A DNA stretch of 64,000 nucleotides from an uncultured bacterium (GTDB lineage: Bacteria > Methylomirabilota > Methylomirabilia > Rokubacteriales > DASRDR01). The position numbers and the translations under genes are program-made. Positions 55,878 to 64,000 of the stretch are shown piece by piece. The DNA lies in assembly GCA_964463175.1 (NCBI GenBank), contig CAYXBJ010000126.1, positions 940-64,939 of the forward strand, written 5' to 3'. Each line of letters starts with the position of its first letter. Within the stretch, counting starts at the first letter, position 1. The notes beneath the pieces are model-generated. The model was not told the origin of the DNA, did no database searches, and was given only the letters and a program-made list of their open reading frames with translations.

Positions 55878-56351
55878 TCAGGCGCCTCCCATCGTCGCGG
55901 CGGCGCGCATCACCGCGCGGATCACCCGGACATGGCTCCCGCAGCGGCAGAGGTTCCCGGCCAGCGCCTCCTTCACCTCGGTCTCCGTCGGTCGGCGATT
56001 CTGCTGGAGGAATGCGCGGGCGGTCATGACCAGGCCCGCAGTGCAGTATCCGCACTGCGGGGCCTGCTCCGCGATGAAGGCGGCCTCGACCGGATCGGGC
56101 CTGTCGGGCGAGCCGAGGCCCTCGATCGTGGTGATCGGTCGGCCGACAGCGGCGCTCACTGGCATCGAGCACGAGCGGATCGCCTGGCCGTCCAGGTGGA
56201 CGGTGCACGCGCCGCACTGGGCGAGCCCGCAGCCGAACTTCGCCCCGATCAGCCCGAGGTCGTTCCGGAGGACGTAGAGCAGCGGCGTCGCGGGATCGTC
56301 GACCTCGACGTTGCGTGTCGCACCGTTGACTTGGAGCGTCAGGGTCGCCAT
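55878..56351 (-). CDS. iorA: (2Fe-2S)-binding small subunit
   Basis: KFGCGLAQCGACTV, RSC, QCGYC, NLCRCG. Confidence 0.93.
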   Translation of the reverse strand: MATLTLQVNGATRNVEVDDPATPLLYVLRNDLGLIGAKFGCGLAQCGACTVHLDGQAIRSCSMPVSAAVGRPITTIEGLGSPDRPDPVEAAFIAEQAPQCGYCTAGLVMTARAFLQQNRRPTETEVKEALAGNLCRCGSHVRVIRAVMRAAATMGGA

Positions 56352-56478
56352 CGCTTCACCTCGCGCGCGTCGGATCCGATCGCCGCTCGTCTACGGTCGA
56401 GTGTCCCCCTCGCCCCGCGGCGCCGTCAAGCGGCGACCGCCTGCATCGCGCTTCTGGTAGGATCGAGCACGACGATCG

Positions 56479-57669
56479 ATGGATTTCGCCGACGTCCGCC
56501 GGCTGTTTCCGGGTGCCACCGAGCGCGTCTTCCTGGACGCGGCCGCCATCTCGCTCACATCGACCCGGGCCGCCGAGGCGGTCGCCCGGTTCGTCGAGCT
56601 CGTCACCCGGGACCCGCGGGCCGCGCACCACGGCGGCGACGCCGCGCGAGCGCGCGAGGCGGCAGCGCGGCTCATCGGCGCCCGGCCCGATCAGATCGCG
56701 CTGAGCCCCGCGACCACGCTGGCGCTCAACGTCGCCGCGGACGCCGTGCCATTGCGCCGGGGCGACAACGTGGTGACGACCGATCTCGAGTTCATGTCCG
56801 TGGTGGTGCCGTGGCTCGAGAAGTGTCGCGCCGTGGGCGCCGAGCTCCGGGTGGCGCGGCACGAGGGAGGCCGGATCACTCCGGAGGCCGTCGCCGCCCG
56901 AATCGACGAGCGCACCCGCGCCGTCGTCCTGAGCTCCGTGCAGTGGACGAACGGGTTCCGGCTCGACGTCCGGCAGATCGGCGAAGAGTGCCGGCGCCGG
57001 GGCATTCCCTTCGTGGTGGACGCCATCCAGCAGCTGGGAGCCCTGCCGCTCGACGTCGAGGCGTCCGCGATCGACTACCTGGCGTGCGCCGGTCACAAAT
57101 GGCTCGCCTCGCCGACCGGCCTCGGCTTCGCCTACGCGAGCGACGCCTTCGTGGAGCGCTTCCGGCCCAGCCTCACCTACGTCGCGACGGCGGTCCCGCC
57201 GCGCGGCGACTGGCAGGAGAGCTGGACCGACCCCGACTACGATCCGATCCAGACCTACGCGCTGCCGCGGACCGCGGCGCGCTTCGAGATGGGAGTGCAC
57301 CACGGGGCCGCGGGCGCCGGAGGGCTCGCCGCCGCGCTCGACATCTTCGCCGAGCTCGGGCCGGAACGGATCGCCGACCACGTCACGGCGCTGGGCAACC
57401 GCGCGGCGGCCGGCCTGCGGGCGCTGGGTCTGGAGCTGGTCACTCACTTGGATCGCGCGCACCGCTCAGGCCTGACCGTGTTCCGGGCCGGCCCGTCGCC
57501 CAAGGACGACCTGGCCCTCCGCGACTACCTCCAGGGGCGGGGCGTCGTGGTCTCGGTGCGCTACACGTCCGGGGTGGGCGGCGTGCGGGTCTCCACCCAC
57601 GTCTACAACGACGAGTCGGACGTGGACCGCCTGCTCGAGGCGGTCCGCGCCTGGCTCAAGTCCCGCTGA
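56479..57669 (+). CDS. Class V PLP aminotransferase (cysteine desulfurase/isopenicillin N epimerase-like fold)
   Basis: FLDAAA, DLEF.S, VDAIQ, AGHKWL, VRVSTHVYN. Confidence 0.88.
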   Translation: MDFADVRRLFPGATERVFLDAAAISLTSTRAAEAVARFVELVTRDPRAAHHGGDAARAREAAARLIGARPDQIALSPATTLALNVAADAVPLRRGDNVVTTDLEFMSVVVPWLEKCRAVGAELRVARHEGGRITPEAVAARIDERTRAVVLSSVQWTNGFRLDVRQIGEECRRRGIPFVVDAIQQLGALPLDVEASAIDYLACAGHKWLASPTGLGFAYASDAFVERFRPSLTYVATAVPPRGDWQESWTDPDYDPIQTYALPRTAARFEMGVHHGAAGAGGLAAALDIFAELGPERIADHVTALGNRAAAGLRALGLELVTHLDRAHRSGLTVFRAGPSPKDDLALRDYLQGRGVVVSVRYTSGVGGVRVSTHVYNDESDVDRLLEAVRAWLKSR

Positions 57670-57678
57670 GGCGCCGCC

Positions 57679-58836
57679 TCAGGGCACGACGGCCCGGACC
57701 AGGACGAAGTCGTCGCCCTGGACCTTGAAGATGTTGATGGGGGCCGCGGCGATGTCCCCCTTGGCGTCGAAGGTGATCGGGAGACCGAGCACCCCCTTGT
57801 AGCCCTTGACCGCCTTGATCGCGGCGACCACGTCGGCGCGGTGGATCGTCCCGCCCTTCGCCCCTGCGGTCTTGATCGCGTTCAGGAGGATCATCGTCCC
57901 GTCGTACGCCTGCGGCTCGTAGGCGCTGACGCTCTTGTGGTACTTCGCCTCGAACTTGGCGATGAAGTCCTTCGCCTCGGGCACCATGCGGGGGTCCTGC
58001 GCGTTGTAGCTCACGAACACGCCTTCGGCGTCGCCGCCGGCCGCCTTCACGAACGCCTCGCGCTCCCGCAGCGATCCGTTCCCCAGGCCGCGGACCTTGA
58101 GTCCGCCCTGGGCCGCTTGCCGCATGAAGAGCGCCGCCTGGGGCGCGGTCATCCCGATGTAGATGAAGTCGGCGCCGCTGGCCTTGATGCGGGTGATCAG
58201 CGGGCTGAGGTCGCGATCCTGGTCGCTCACTTCCTCCAGCGTCGTGTCGCCGACGCCTCGCTGCTTGAGGGTCCGCTGGACCTCTTGGACGATGCCGGCC
58301 TGGAACGCGGTCTTGTCGCTGATCAGCAAGACCTTCTTGGGCTTGATGTCCTCGGCGATGAAGATGGCCGAAGCCGGCCCCTCGCGATCGTCACGCCCCG
58401 CGAGCCGGTGCGCCATCTTCCAGCCCTGCTCGGTGACCCGCGCGTTGGTCGCCGTGGGCGTGATGAAGGGCAAGCCGTCGCGCTCGTAGATGGACCCGGC
58501 GGCGAGGACCGCGCCGCTGTTCATCGGGCCGATCACGCCCAGCACCGCGGGATCGTCCGCCATCCGCTGGGCGACCAGGGTACTCTTCTCCGGCACGCCC
58601 TCGTCGTCACCGATGACGACGTCCACCTTCACGCCGCCGATGCCGCCCGCGGCGTTCAGCTCCTCCACGGCCATCTTGACCGCGCTGGCCACCCGCTCGC
58701 CGTTCTCGGCGCCGCGACCGGAGAACGGGCCGACGACGCCGATCTTGATCGGGCCCTGCACCGCAGGCTGCGCGCCGACCGACCCGCTCATCACCACTGC
58801 CGCCACCGTGACGGCCAGGAGCCAACGTCTCGTCAT
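57679..58836 (-). CDS. Branched-chain amino acid ABC transporter substrate-binding protein (LivK/LivJ family), orphan
   Basis: IKIGVVGPFSG, AVEELNAAGGI.G, GDDEG.P, VIGPMNSG, YDGTMIL, ITFDAKGD. AAAGGAG RBS. Confidence 0.92.
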   Translation of the reverse strand: MTRRWLLAVTVAAVVMSGSVGAQPAVQGPIKIGVVGPFSGRGAENGERVASAVKMAVEELNAAGGIGGVKVDVVIGDDEGVPEKSTLVAQRMADDPAVLGVIGPMNSGAVLAAGSIYERDGLPFITPTATNARVTEQGWKMAHRLAGRDDREGPASAIFIAEDIKPKKVLLISDKTAFQAGIVQEVQRTLKQRGVGDTTLEEVSDQDRDLSPLITRIKASGADFIYIGMTAPQAALFMRQAAQGGLKVRGLGNGSLREREAFVKAAGGDAEGVFVSYNAQDPRMVPEAKDFIAKFEAKYHKSVSAYEPQAYDGTMILLNAIKTAGAKGGTIHRADVVAAIKAVKGYKGVLGLPITFDAKGDIAAAPINIFKVQGDDFVLVRAVVP

Positions 58837-58952
58837 GGGAACGATCTCCTTTCGCTGGGAACCGATTCGTTCATCGAGGCACGGGAGAGCTGTCCAGAGG
58901 CTCGAGACCGATGCTCGTCGCCGGTCGGGCCGAGGGGGGGCGAGCGGGGAGC

Positions 58953-59612
58953 CTACGAGCCGCGCCGGAGCGTGAGATCGGCCTCCAGCTTGATGTCGTC
59001 CTCGACGCTGAGCACCACGGACACCCGGGGCTGGCGCAGGCCGAAGTCGCCGAAGTGGAACGCGGTGCGCGCGCTGACGGTGACCTTCGGTCCGTCGAAG
59101 GTGGCCGTCGACTGCCACGCGATCCGGCGCGTCACGTCCTTCACGATCAGGTCACCCACCAGCTCGAATGGCACCGAGCCGCTCGCAGGCAGCGGGAACG
59201 GCAGACCCCGCGCCTCGGCCGGCACGAACGAGACGGCCGGATACGTGTCCGTCTCGAGCGTGTTGCGGCGGAGGTAGTTGTCCCGCCGGGGTTCGTTGCT
59301 CTTGAGCGCCCGCAGGTCGACCGTGAAGCGGGACTCGCCCGGAACGACGCGGCCCTGCGCGTCGAAGACGATCGTGCCCTCGATGACGCTCGTGGCGCCC
59401 ACCGCATCGTTGGGAAAGTTGAGCCCGACGAGCTGCTCGCGCACCCGGTAGCGGACCTCGCTGCCCTCCGCCAGGATGGCGTACCGGATCGCCCCCGATC
59501 CCTGCGCGAGCGCCGCGACGGGCGACCGGAGCGCGCCGGCAACGGCCAGGGCGGAAAGCAGAAGGGCGCCGACGGTCACTCGCACGGGAGCACGCAGCGC
59601 GGGATGGCTCAC
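58953..59612 (-). CDS. YceI-like (polyisoprenoid-binding) periplasmic protein
   Basis: SEVRYRVRE, VDLRAL.S...RRDNYLR, YP...F, GDL..KDVTR, DFGL..P. Start uncertain. Confidence 0.88.
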   Translation of the reverse strand: MSHPALRAPVRVTVGALLLSALAVAGALRSPVAALAQGSGAIRYAILAEGSEVRYRVREQLVGLNFPNDAVGATSVIEGTIVFDAQGRVVPGESRFTVDLRALKSNEPRRDNYLRRNTLETDTYPAVSFVPAEARGLPFPLPASGSVPFELVGDLIVKDVTRRIAWQSTATFDGPKVTVSARTAFHFGDFGLRQPRVSVVLSVEDDIKLEADLTLRRGS

Positions 59613-59993
59613 CAGATCCTCAAAGCGATCGTACCATCGCCCGCGCGCGGGCGCCCGCGCTCGACCGGGGCACGAGACTTCGCGGCGTGGCGAATCCCGC
59701 CACCGATTTCGCGGCATGCATCCGGCCGAGCGCCCGCGTCCGTTCCATGGCGGGGCGGATCTTCCGGACCGGGACCGACGAGAGCAACGAGGACCAGCGG
59801 CTCGGATGGCGCCCCGGCCGCCGGAGTCCGGAGCGATCGTGGGCGACGCGTCCCGGGTGGGCGCCGGCTCCGGCCGGTCCGCGCGCGGCGCGTGGACGGA
59901 CGCCCGGTCCCGCGACCCCGCGCTGCCACCCCTGCCAGCCGAGGGGCCACCGGCACGCGAGTGTCTCTGACGTCGGTCCCGGCCGAACCGCCC

Positions 59994-60023
59994 TTGACGC
60001 TGCCCGACGGCCAGCGTTAGGCT
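59994..60023 (+). promoter_or_regulatory. Probable sigma70 promoter of the LacI operon
   Basis: TTGACG-N18-TAGGCT immediately upstream of the operator palindrome. Confidence 0.55.
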
Positions 60024-60024
60024 C

Positions 60025-60052
60025 ACCGAACCGATTGCGCAATCGATTGCGC
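60025..60052. promoter_or_regulatory. LacI-family operator (perfect 16-bp palindrome GCGCAATCGATTGCGC at 60037-60052, with an overlapping weaker copy upstream)
   Basis: Central CG and A(A/T)xCG pattern typical of LacI/GalR operators. Lies between the promoter and the LacI gene. Confidence 0.75.
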
Positions 60053-60103
60053 CGAGGGAACATGGCTCAGTTCGCTGCCTTACCGTCCGTGTAGGGGGGG
60101 CTC

Positions 60104-61105
60104 GTGGCCACCATCCGTGAGGTCGCCGGGCGCGCCCGCGTGTCGCCGACCACGGTCTCCCACGTCGTCAACGCCACCCGCTTCGTCTCTCACGAGATTC
60201 GCGCGCGTGTCATGGAGGCGATGACGGAGCTCGGCTACCATCCGAACGCCGTCGCGCGGTCGCTCCGGCGGGGCCGGACCCACACGCTGGGTCTGGTGCT
60301 CCCGGACAGCGCGAACCCCTACTTCGCGGAGCTGGGGCGGGGCATCGAGGCTGCCGCCTTCGGACGGGATCACAGCGTGGTCCTGTGCAACACGGAGGGC
60401 GAGGAGCTCCGGGAGCGCGTCTACGTCGACCTCCTCACGCGGCGGCAGGTCGACGGTCTCCTGTACGTGCCGGCGGGCAATCGCGTCGACATCCTTCGCG
60501 ATCTCCTGCGCCAGCCGCTGCCGGTGGTCCTGGTCGACCGGGACCTTCCGGACGCGCCCATCGACGTCGTCCTGAGCGACAAACGCGGCGGCGCGTATCT
60601 CGCGACTCGCCACCTCATCGCGCTCGGTCACCGGCGCATCGGCTGCATCGGCGGCCCGTCGAGCCTCGTCGTGAGCGGCCAGCGTCTCCAGGGCTATCGC
60701 GACGCGCTCGCCGAAGCCGGGCTCCCGGTCGACGAGAGCCTCGTGCTCCGGGGTGACTACCACCCCCAGTCCGGGTGGGCGGCGGCGCGCAGTCTGCTGG
60801 CCTCGCCGGGCCCGCCGACCGCCATCTTTGCCGCCAACGACCTCATGGCGATCGGTGTCCTGCGGGCCGCCGGCGAGCTCGGGCGCCGCGTCCCGGATGA
60901 CCTGGCGGTGGTCGGGTTCGACGACATCGAGCTCGCGTCCTACACGACCCCGCCGCTCACCACGGTGAGCCAGTCCGCGACCGAGGTCGGGCGGGCCGCG
61001 GTGGATCTGCTGCTCCAGCGGCTGGCGGACCCCTCGCGCCCCCCGGTCCGCCGGACGCTCGAGACCCGGCTGGTCGTGCGCGCCTCGTGCGGGAACCAGA
61101 AGTGA
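60104..61105 (+). CDS. LacI family transcriptional regulator
   Basis: [49 protein letters not shown]. Confidence 0.95.
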   Translation: MATIREVAGRARVSPTTVSHVVNATRFVSHEIRARVMEAMTELGYHPNAVARSLRRGRTHTLGLVLPDSANPYFAELGRGIEAAAFGRDHSVVLCNTEGEELRERVYVDLLTRRQVDGLLYVPAGNRVDILRDLLRQPLPVVLVDRDLPDAPIDVVLSDKRGGAYLATRHLIALGHRRIGCIGGPSSLVVSGQRLQGYRDALAEAGLPVDESLVLRGDYHPQSGWAAARSLLASPGPPTAIFAANDLMAIGVLRAAGELGRRVPDDLAVVGFDDIELASYTTPPLTTVSQSATEVGRAAVDLLLQRLADPSRPPVRRTLETRLVVRASCGNQK

Positions 61106-61127
61106 ACCGTCCCCGAAGGGAGACTCG

Positions 61128-62207
61128 ATGACCACCAGAGCCCACCGGAAGCCCGTCCCCATCACCGCCGAGCTCCGCGAGCGGGCCGCGGCGGTCCACC
61201 GCTCCGCGATCGTGATCGACGGCATGTGCACGGACCACATCGAGGATCCCCACAACAAGCTCCGCTGGAACGAGCCGTACCTGCAGCGCCTCTTCGACGG
61301 CGGCATCACCGCGCTGAACCGCGGGGGCGCCCACTATCAGCGCTTCGCCGACGGCGTGAAGGCAATCCGCAAGTTCCAGCTGCGGGCCCAGCACTGCCCG
61401 GAGCGGACGCTCTTCGTGCGCACCGCCGACGACATCCGCCGGGCCAAGCGCGAGGGCAAGATCGGGATCATCGCGGGCTTCCAGACGTCGGTGGTCATCG
61501 AGGACGACGTCGACTACGTCGAGGCCCTCTACCAGGTCGGCGCCCGCTGCATGCAGATCACGTACAACGAGCGGTGCTACGTCGGGGACGGGTGCCAGGA
61601 GCGGAATCCGGCAGGGCTGAGCCACTTCGGCGTCGACGTCGTCAAGGAGATGAACCGGATCGGCCTCGTCGTCGACCTGGCCCACGTGAGCGACGCCACC
61701 GCGCGCGAGGCCGCCGCCCTGTCGACCAGGCCCGTGATCATCTCCCACTCGGCGTGCGGGGGGCTCCGCCCGAATCCGCGGAGCGCGACCGACGAGCTGA
61801 TCCGCCTGGTCGCCAAGACCGGCGGCGTCATCGGCATCTGCTTCCTGCCGTTCCTCCTCGATCCCGACGGGCGCACCAAGTGCACGTTCGAGGACTTCCT
61901 GCGGCACATCGACCACGTGGTCGACATGGTCGGCGTCGACCACGTCGGCTTCGGAACCGATCTCACCGAGGAGATCAACCCGACCGAGATGATGACGGAG
62001 ACCGGGGAGCTCGGGAACTGGCCCAACAAGCCGTACCGGCCCGTCGTGTACCCGCCCCTGCCGTGGATCTTCCCGCCGGAGATCGACTCCCTGTCCAAGA
62101 TGGGCAACATCACGCTCGGCCTCCTGGCTCGCGGCTACTCGGACGACGACGCCCGGAAGATCATGGGCGGCAACTTCCTCCGGGTCTTCGGCGAGGTGTG
62201 GCGGTGA
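61128..62207 (+). CDS. Membrane dipeptidase family (peptidase M19) amidohydrolase
   Basis: MQITYN, GLSHFG..VVKEMN..G..VDLAH, ISHS, HIDHVV...G.DHVGFGTD, KIMGGNFLRV. Confidence 0.9.
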   Translation: MTTRAHRKPVPITAELRERAAAVHRSAIVIDGMCTDHIEDPHNKLRWNEPYLQRLFDGGITALNRGGAHYQRFADGVKAIRKFQLRAQHCPERTLFVRTADDIRRAKREGKIGIIAGFQTSVVIEDDVDYVEALYQVGARCMQITYNERCYVGDGCQERNPAGLSHFGVDVVKEMNRIGLVVDLAHVSDATAREAAALSTRPVIISHSACGGLRPNPRSATDELIRLVAKTGGVIGICFLPFLLDPDGRTKCTFEDFLRHIDHVVDMVGVDHVGFGTDLTEEINPTEMMTETGELGNWPNKPYRPVVYPPLPWIFPPEIDSLSKMGNITLGLLARGYSDDDARKIMGGNFLRVFGEVWR

Positions 62208-62235
62208 CGATCCGGGCGGGCGCGGAGCGGCGCGG

Positions 62236-63153
62236 GTGACGAAGTACCTCGTGACGCGCGTGATCCGCCTGATCCTCGTCTGGATCGGGATCACGCTCGG
62301 CACGTTCGCCCTGCTCCGGCTCTCCGGCGACCCGGCCCGGCTGATCCTGGGCGAGCTCGCCAGCACCGAGGCGGTCCGGGAGTTCCAGCATCTTCACGGG
62401 CTCGACCGGCCGTGGCCCGCGCAGTACCTCGCCTTCGTGGGCGGCGTCGTGGTGGGAGACTTCGGCCGCTCGCTCCGGTTCGAGCAGCCGATCCTGCCCA
62501 TCATCCTCGAGCGGCTGCCTGCCACGCTCGAGCTGGCCGGCGGCAGCCTGGCCCTGTCCGTGCTCGTCGGCGTGCCGCTCGGCGTCGCCGCCGCGCTCGG
62601 CCGCGACCGCCCGGTCGACTACCTGGCCCGCAGTCTCGTGGTGGTCGCGCAGGGCATCCCCAACTTCCTGCTCGCCATCCTGCTCATCCTGCTCTTCGGC
62701 GTCCGGCTCCGGTGGCTGCCGACCGGGGGGCGCGGGACCTGGGCGCACCTGATCCTGCCGGCCGTCGTGCTGAGCTTCGTCCTCCTCCCGCTCACCGTGC
62801 GGGTGACCCGGGCGACGATGCTCGACATCCTGGGACGCCCCTACGTCCGCACGGCGCGGAGCAAGGGCCTCCGCGAGCCGACGGTGGTCGGCCGGCACGC
62901 GCTCCGGAACGCCGCGCTCCCCGTGCTGACCATCCTGGGCGTCCAGGCCGCGACGCTGCTCGGCGGCTCGGTCGTGACGGAGACGGTCTTCTCCTGGCCC
63001 GGCGTGGGGCGCCTCATCGTGAGCGCGATCTTCGCCCGCGATTTCCCGCTCGTGCAGGGCGCGGTGCTGGTCGTCGCCACCGCGGTCGTGCTGGTGAACT
63101 TCCTCGTCGACTCGCTCTACGGGGTCCTCGACCCCCGTATCTCGACCACGTGA
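62236..63153 (+). CDS. Peptide/nickel ABC transporter permease (DppB/NikB-like)
   Basis: GDPA, GDFGRS, RLPATLELA, HLILPA, YVRTARSKGL, TETVFSWPGVG, RDFPLVQG. Confidence 0.92.
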   Translation: MTKYLVTRVIRLILVWIGITLGTFALLRLSGDPARLILGELASTEAVREFQHLHGLDRPWPAQYLAFVGGVVVGDFGRSLRFEQPILPIILERLPATLELAGGSLALSVLVGVPLGVAAALGRDRPVDYLARSLVVVAQGIPNFLLAILLILLFGVRLRWLPTGGRGTWAHLILPAVVLSFVLLPLTVRVTRATMLDILGRPYVRTARSKGLREPTVVGRHALRNAALPVLTILGVQAATLLGGSVVTETVFSWPGVGRLIVSAIFARDFPLVQGAVLVVATAVVLVNFLVDSLYGVLDPRISTT

Positions 63154-63217
63154 CCCCGTGGGGCCCATCGCCCTGTCCGTCGAGACGTGGGGCCGAGCGC
63201 CCCGCCGGTCCGTCCCG

Positions 63218-64000
63218 ATGAGCGCGCCGTCCCTCCTCCGGCTTCGCGCGCGCGCCTACTGGCGGAATCCGGCGAGCCGCGTGGGATTGCCGGTGGCCCT
63301 GGCGATCGCGCTCATGGCGTGCATCCCGAGCGCCTGGCTGCCGCACGATCCCGTCCTCATCAACCTCGGCGAGGCGAAGCAGCCGGGGTTCTGGGCGGGC
63401 GACTTCCGGCATCCGCTGGGAACCGACTTCCTCGGGCGCGACCTCGCGTCGAGGATCGTCCACGCCGCCCGCCTCACCCTCGTGATCAGCGGCGGTGCGG
63501 TGCTGATCGCCACCGGGATCGGGATCGTGCTCGGCATGGTCGCCGGCTTCTACCGGAGCTGGGTCGACGAGGCGATCAGCTGGCTCGTCGACGTCCAGCT
63601 GGCGTTCCCGGTCATCGCGCTCGCCGTTGCCATCGTCGCCATCGTCCGCGGCGGCCTCCTGACGCTCGTCGCCGTGCTGGCGTTCACCAGCTGGTCCACG
63701 ATGGCCCGCGTCGTCCGGGCTCAGACGCTCAGCGCCCGGCAGGAGCCGTACGTCGAGGCCGCGCGCGCGCTCGGGGTGCCCACCGCGGGGATCCTGGGCC
63801 GGCACATCCTGCCGAACGTGCTCTCCCCGCTCCTGGCCGTCGCGACCTACGAGACCTCGCGCCTCGTCCTGACCGAATCGGCGCTGAGCTTCCTCGGGCT
63901 CGGGGTCTCGCCGCCCGCCGTCACCTGGGGCGGCATGATCGGCGACGGCCGCAACTTCATCTACGACGCCTGGTGGACCGCCGTCGTCCCCGGACTGATG
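63218..64000 (+). CDS. Peptide/nickel ABC transporter permease (DppC/NikC-like), truncated by the window edge
   Basis: My translation from ATG 63218: HPLGTDFLGRD, DVQLAFP, EPYVEAARALG, HILPNV, ESALSFLGLG, TWGGMI. Not in the ORF track. Confidence 0.9.
   Translation, partial: MSAPSLLRLRARAYWRNPASRVGLPVALAIALMACIPSAWLPHDPVLINLGEAKQPGFWAGDFRHPLGTDFLGRDLASRIVHAARLTLVISGGAVLIATGIGIVLGMVAGFYRSWVDEAISWLVDVQLAFPVIALAVAIVAIVRGGLLTLVAVLAFTSWSTMARVVRAQTLSARQEPYVEAARALGVPTAGILGRHILPNVLSPLLAVATYETSRLVLTESALSFLGLGVSPPAVTWGGMIGDGRNFIYDAWWTAVVPGLM

Noticed and set aside
59668-59683. sigma54 promoter-like GGCACGAGACTTCGC
   Set aside because: GG-to-GC spacing is one base too long for a -24/-12 promoter and no gene follows at a suitable distance.

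Overview
A very GC-rich (visually about 70% GC) bacterial chromosomal segment with about 55 credible genes. The gene content and style suggest a soil heterotroph such as Candidatus Rokubacteria/Methylomirabilota, but that is inference only. I saw no tRNA, rRNA, CRISPR array, transposase or prophage. Contents in order: (1) a sigma54 promoter with three 18-bp palindromic enhancer sites and an IHF box, directly downstream of an NtrC-family regulator; (2) a caa3-type cytochrome c oxidase operon (CoxB-cyt c, fused subunit I+III, subunit IV, CtaG) ending in an internally duplicated, unknown membrane protein; (3) housekeeping and accessory genes (rnd, btpA, MBL hydrolase, membrane spermidine-synthase-like protein, class III aminotransferase, cspA, a CopC fusion, TerC); (4) a Dpp-type ABC transporter; (5) a ~16-20 kb cluster (28.7-44.7 kb, possibly to 48.8 kb) mixing NDP/CDP C-methyl-sugar enzymes with two independent acyl-activation systems (ligase-ACP-GNAT, and a stand-alone A-T-TE enzyme lacking the amino-acid-binding Asp and carrying a Cys-type thioesterase), plus a PIG-L deacetylase, DUF4910, GT2, a GMC oxidoreductase and a nearby GT-C/discoidin protein. 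This cluster is the best candidate for an undescribed glycan-acylation system; (6) paaK, IorAB-type molybdoenzyme, a Liv-type binding protein, YceI, and a LacI-controlled dipeptidase/peptide ABC operon cut by the window end. Many start codons were moved by hand from the ORF track. Several genes appear to be leaderless. All family calls come from motifs I recognised by eye, not from database searches.
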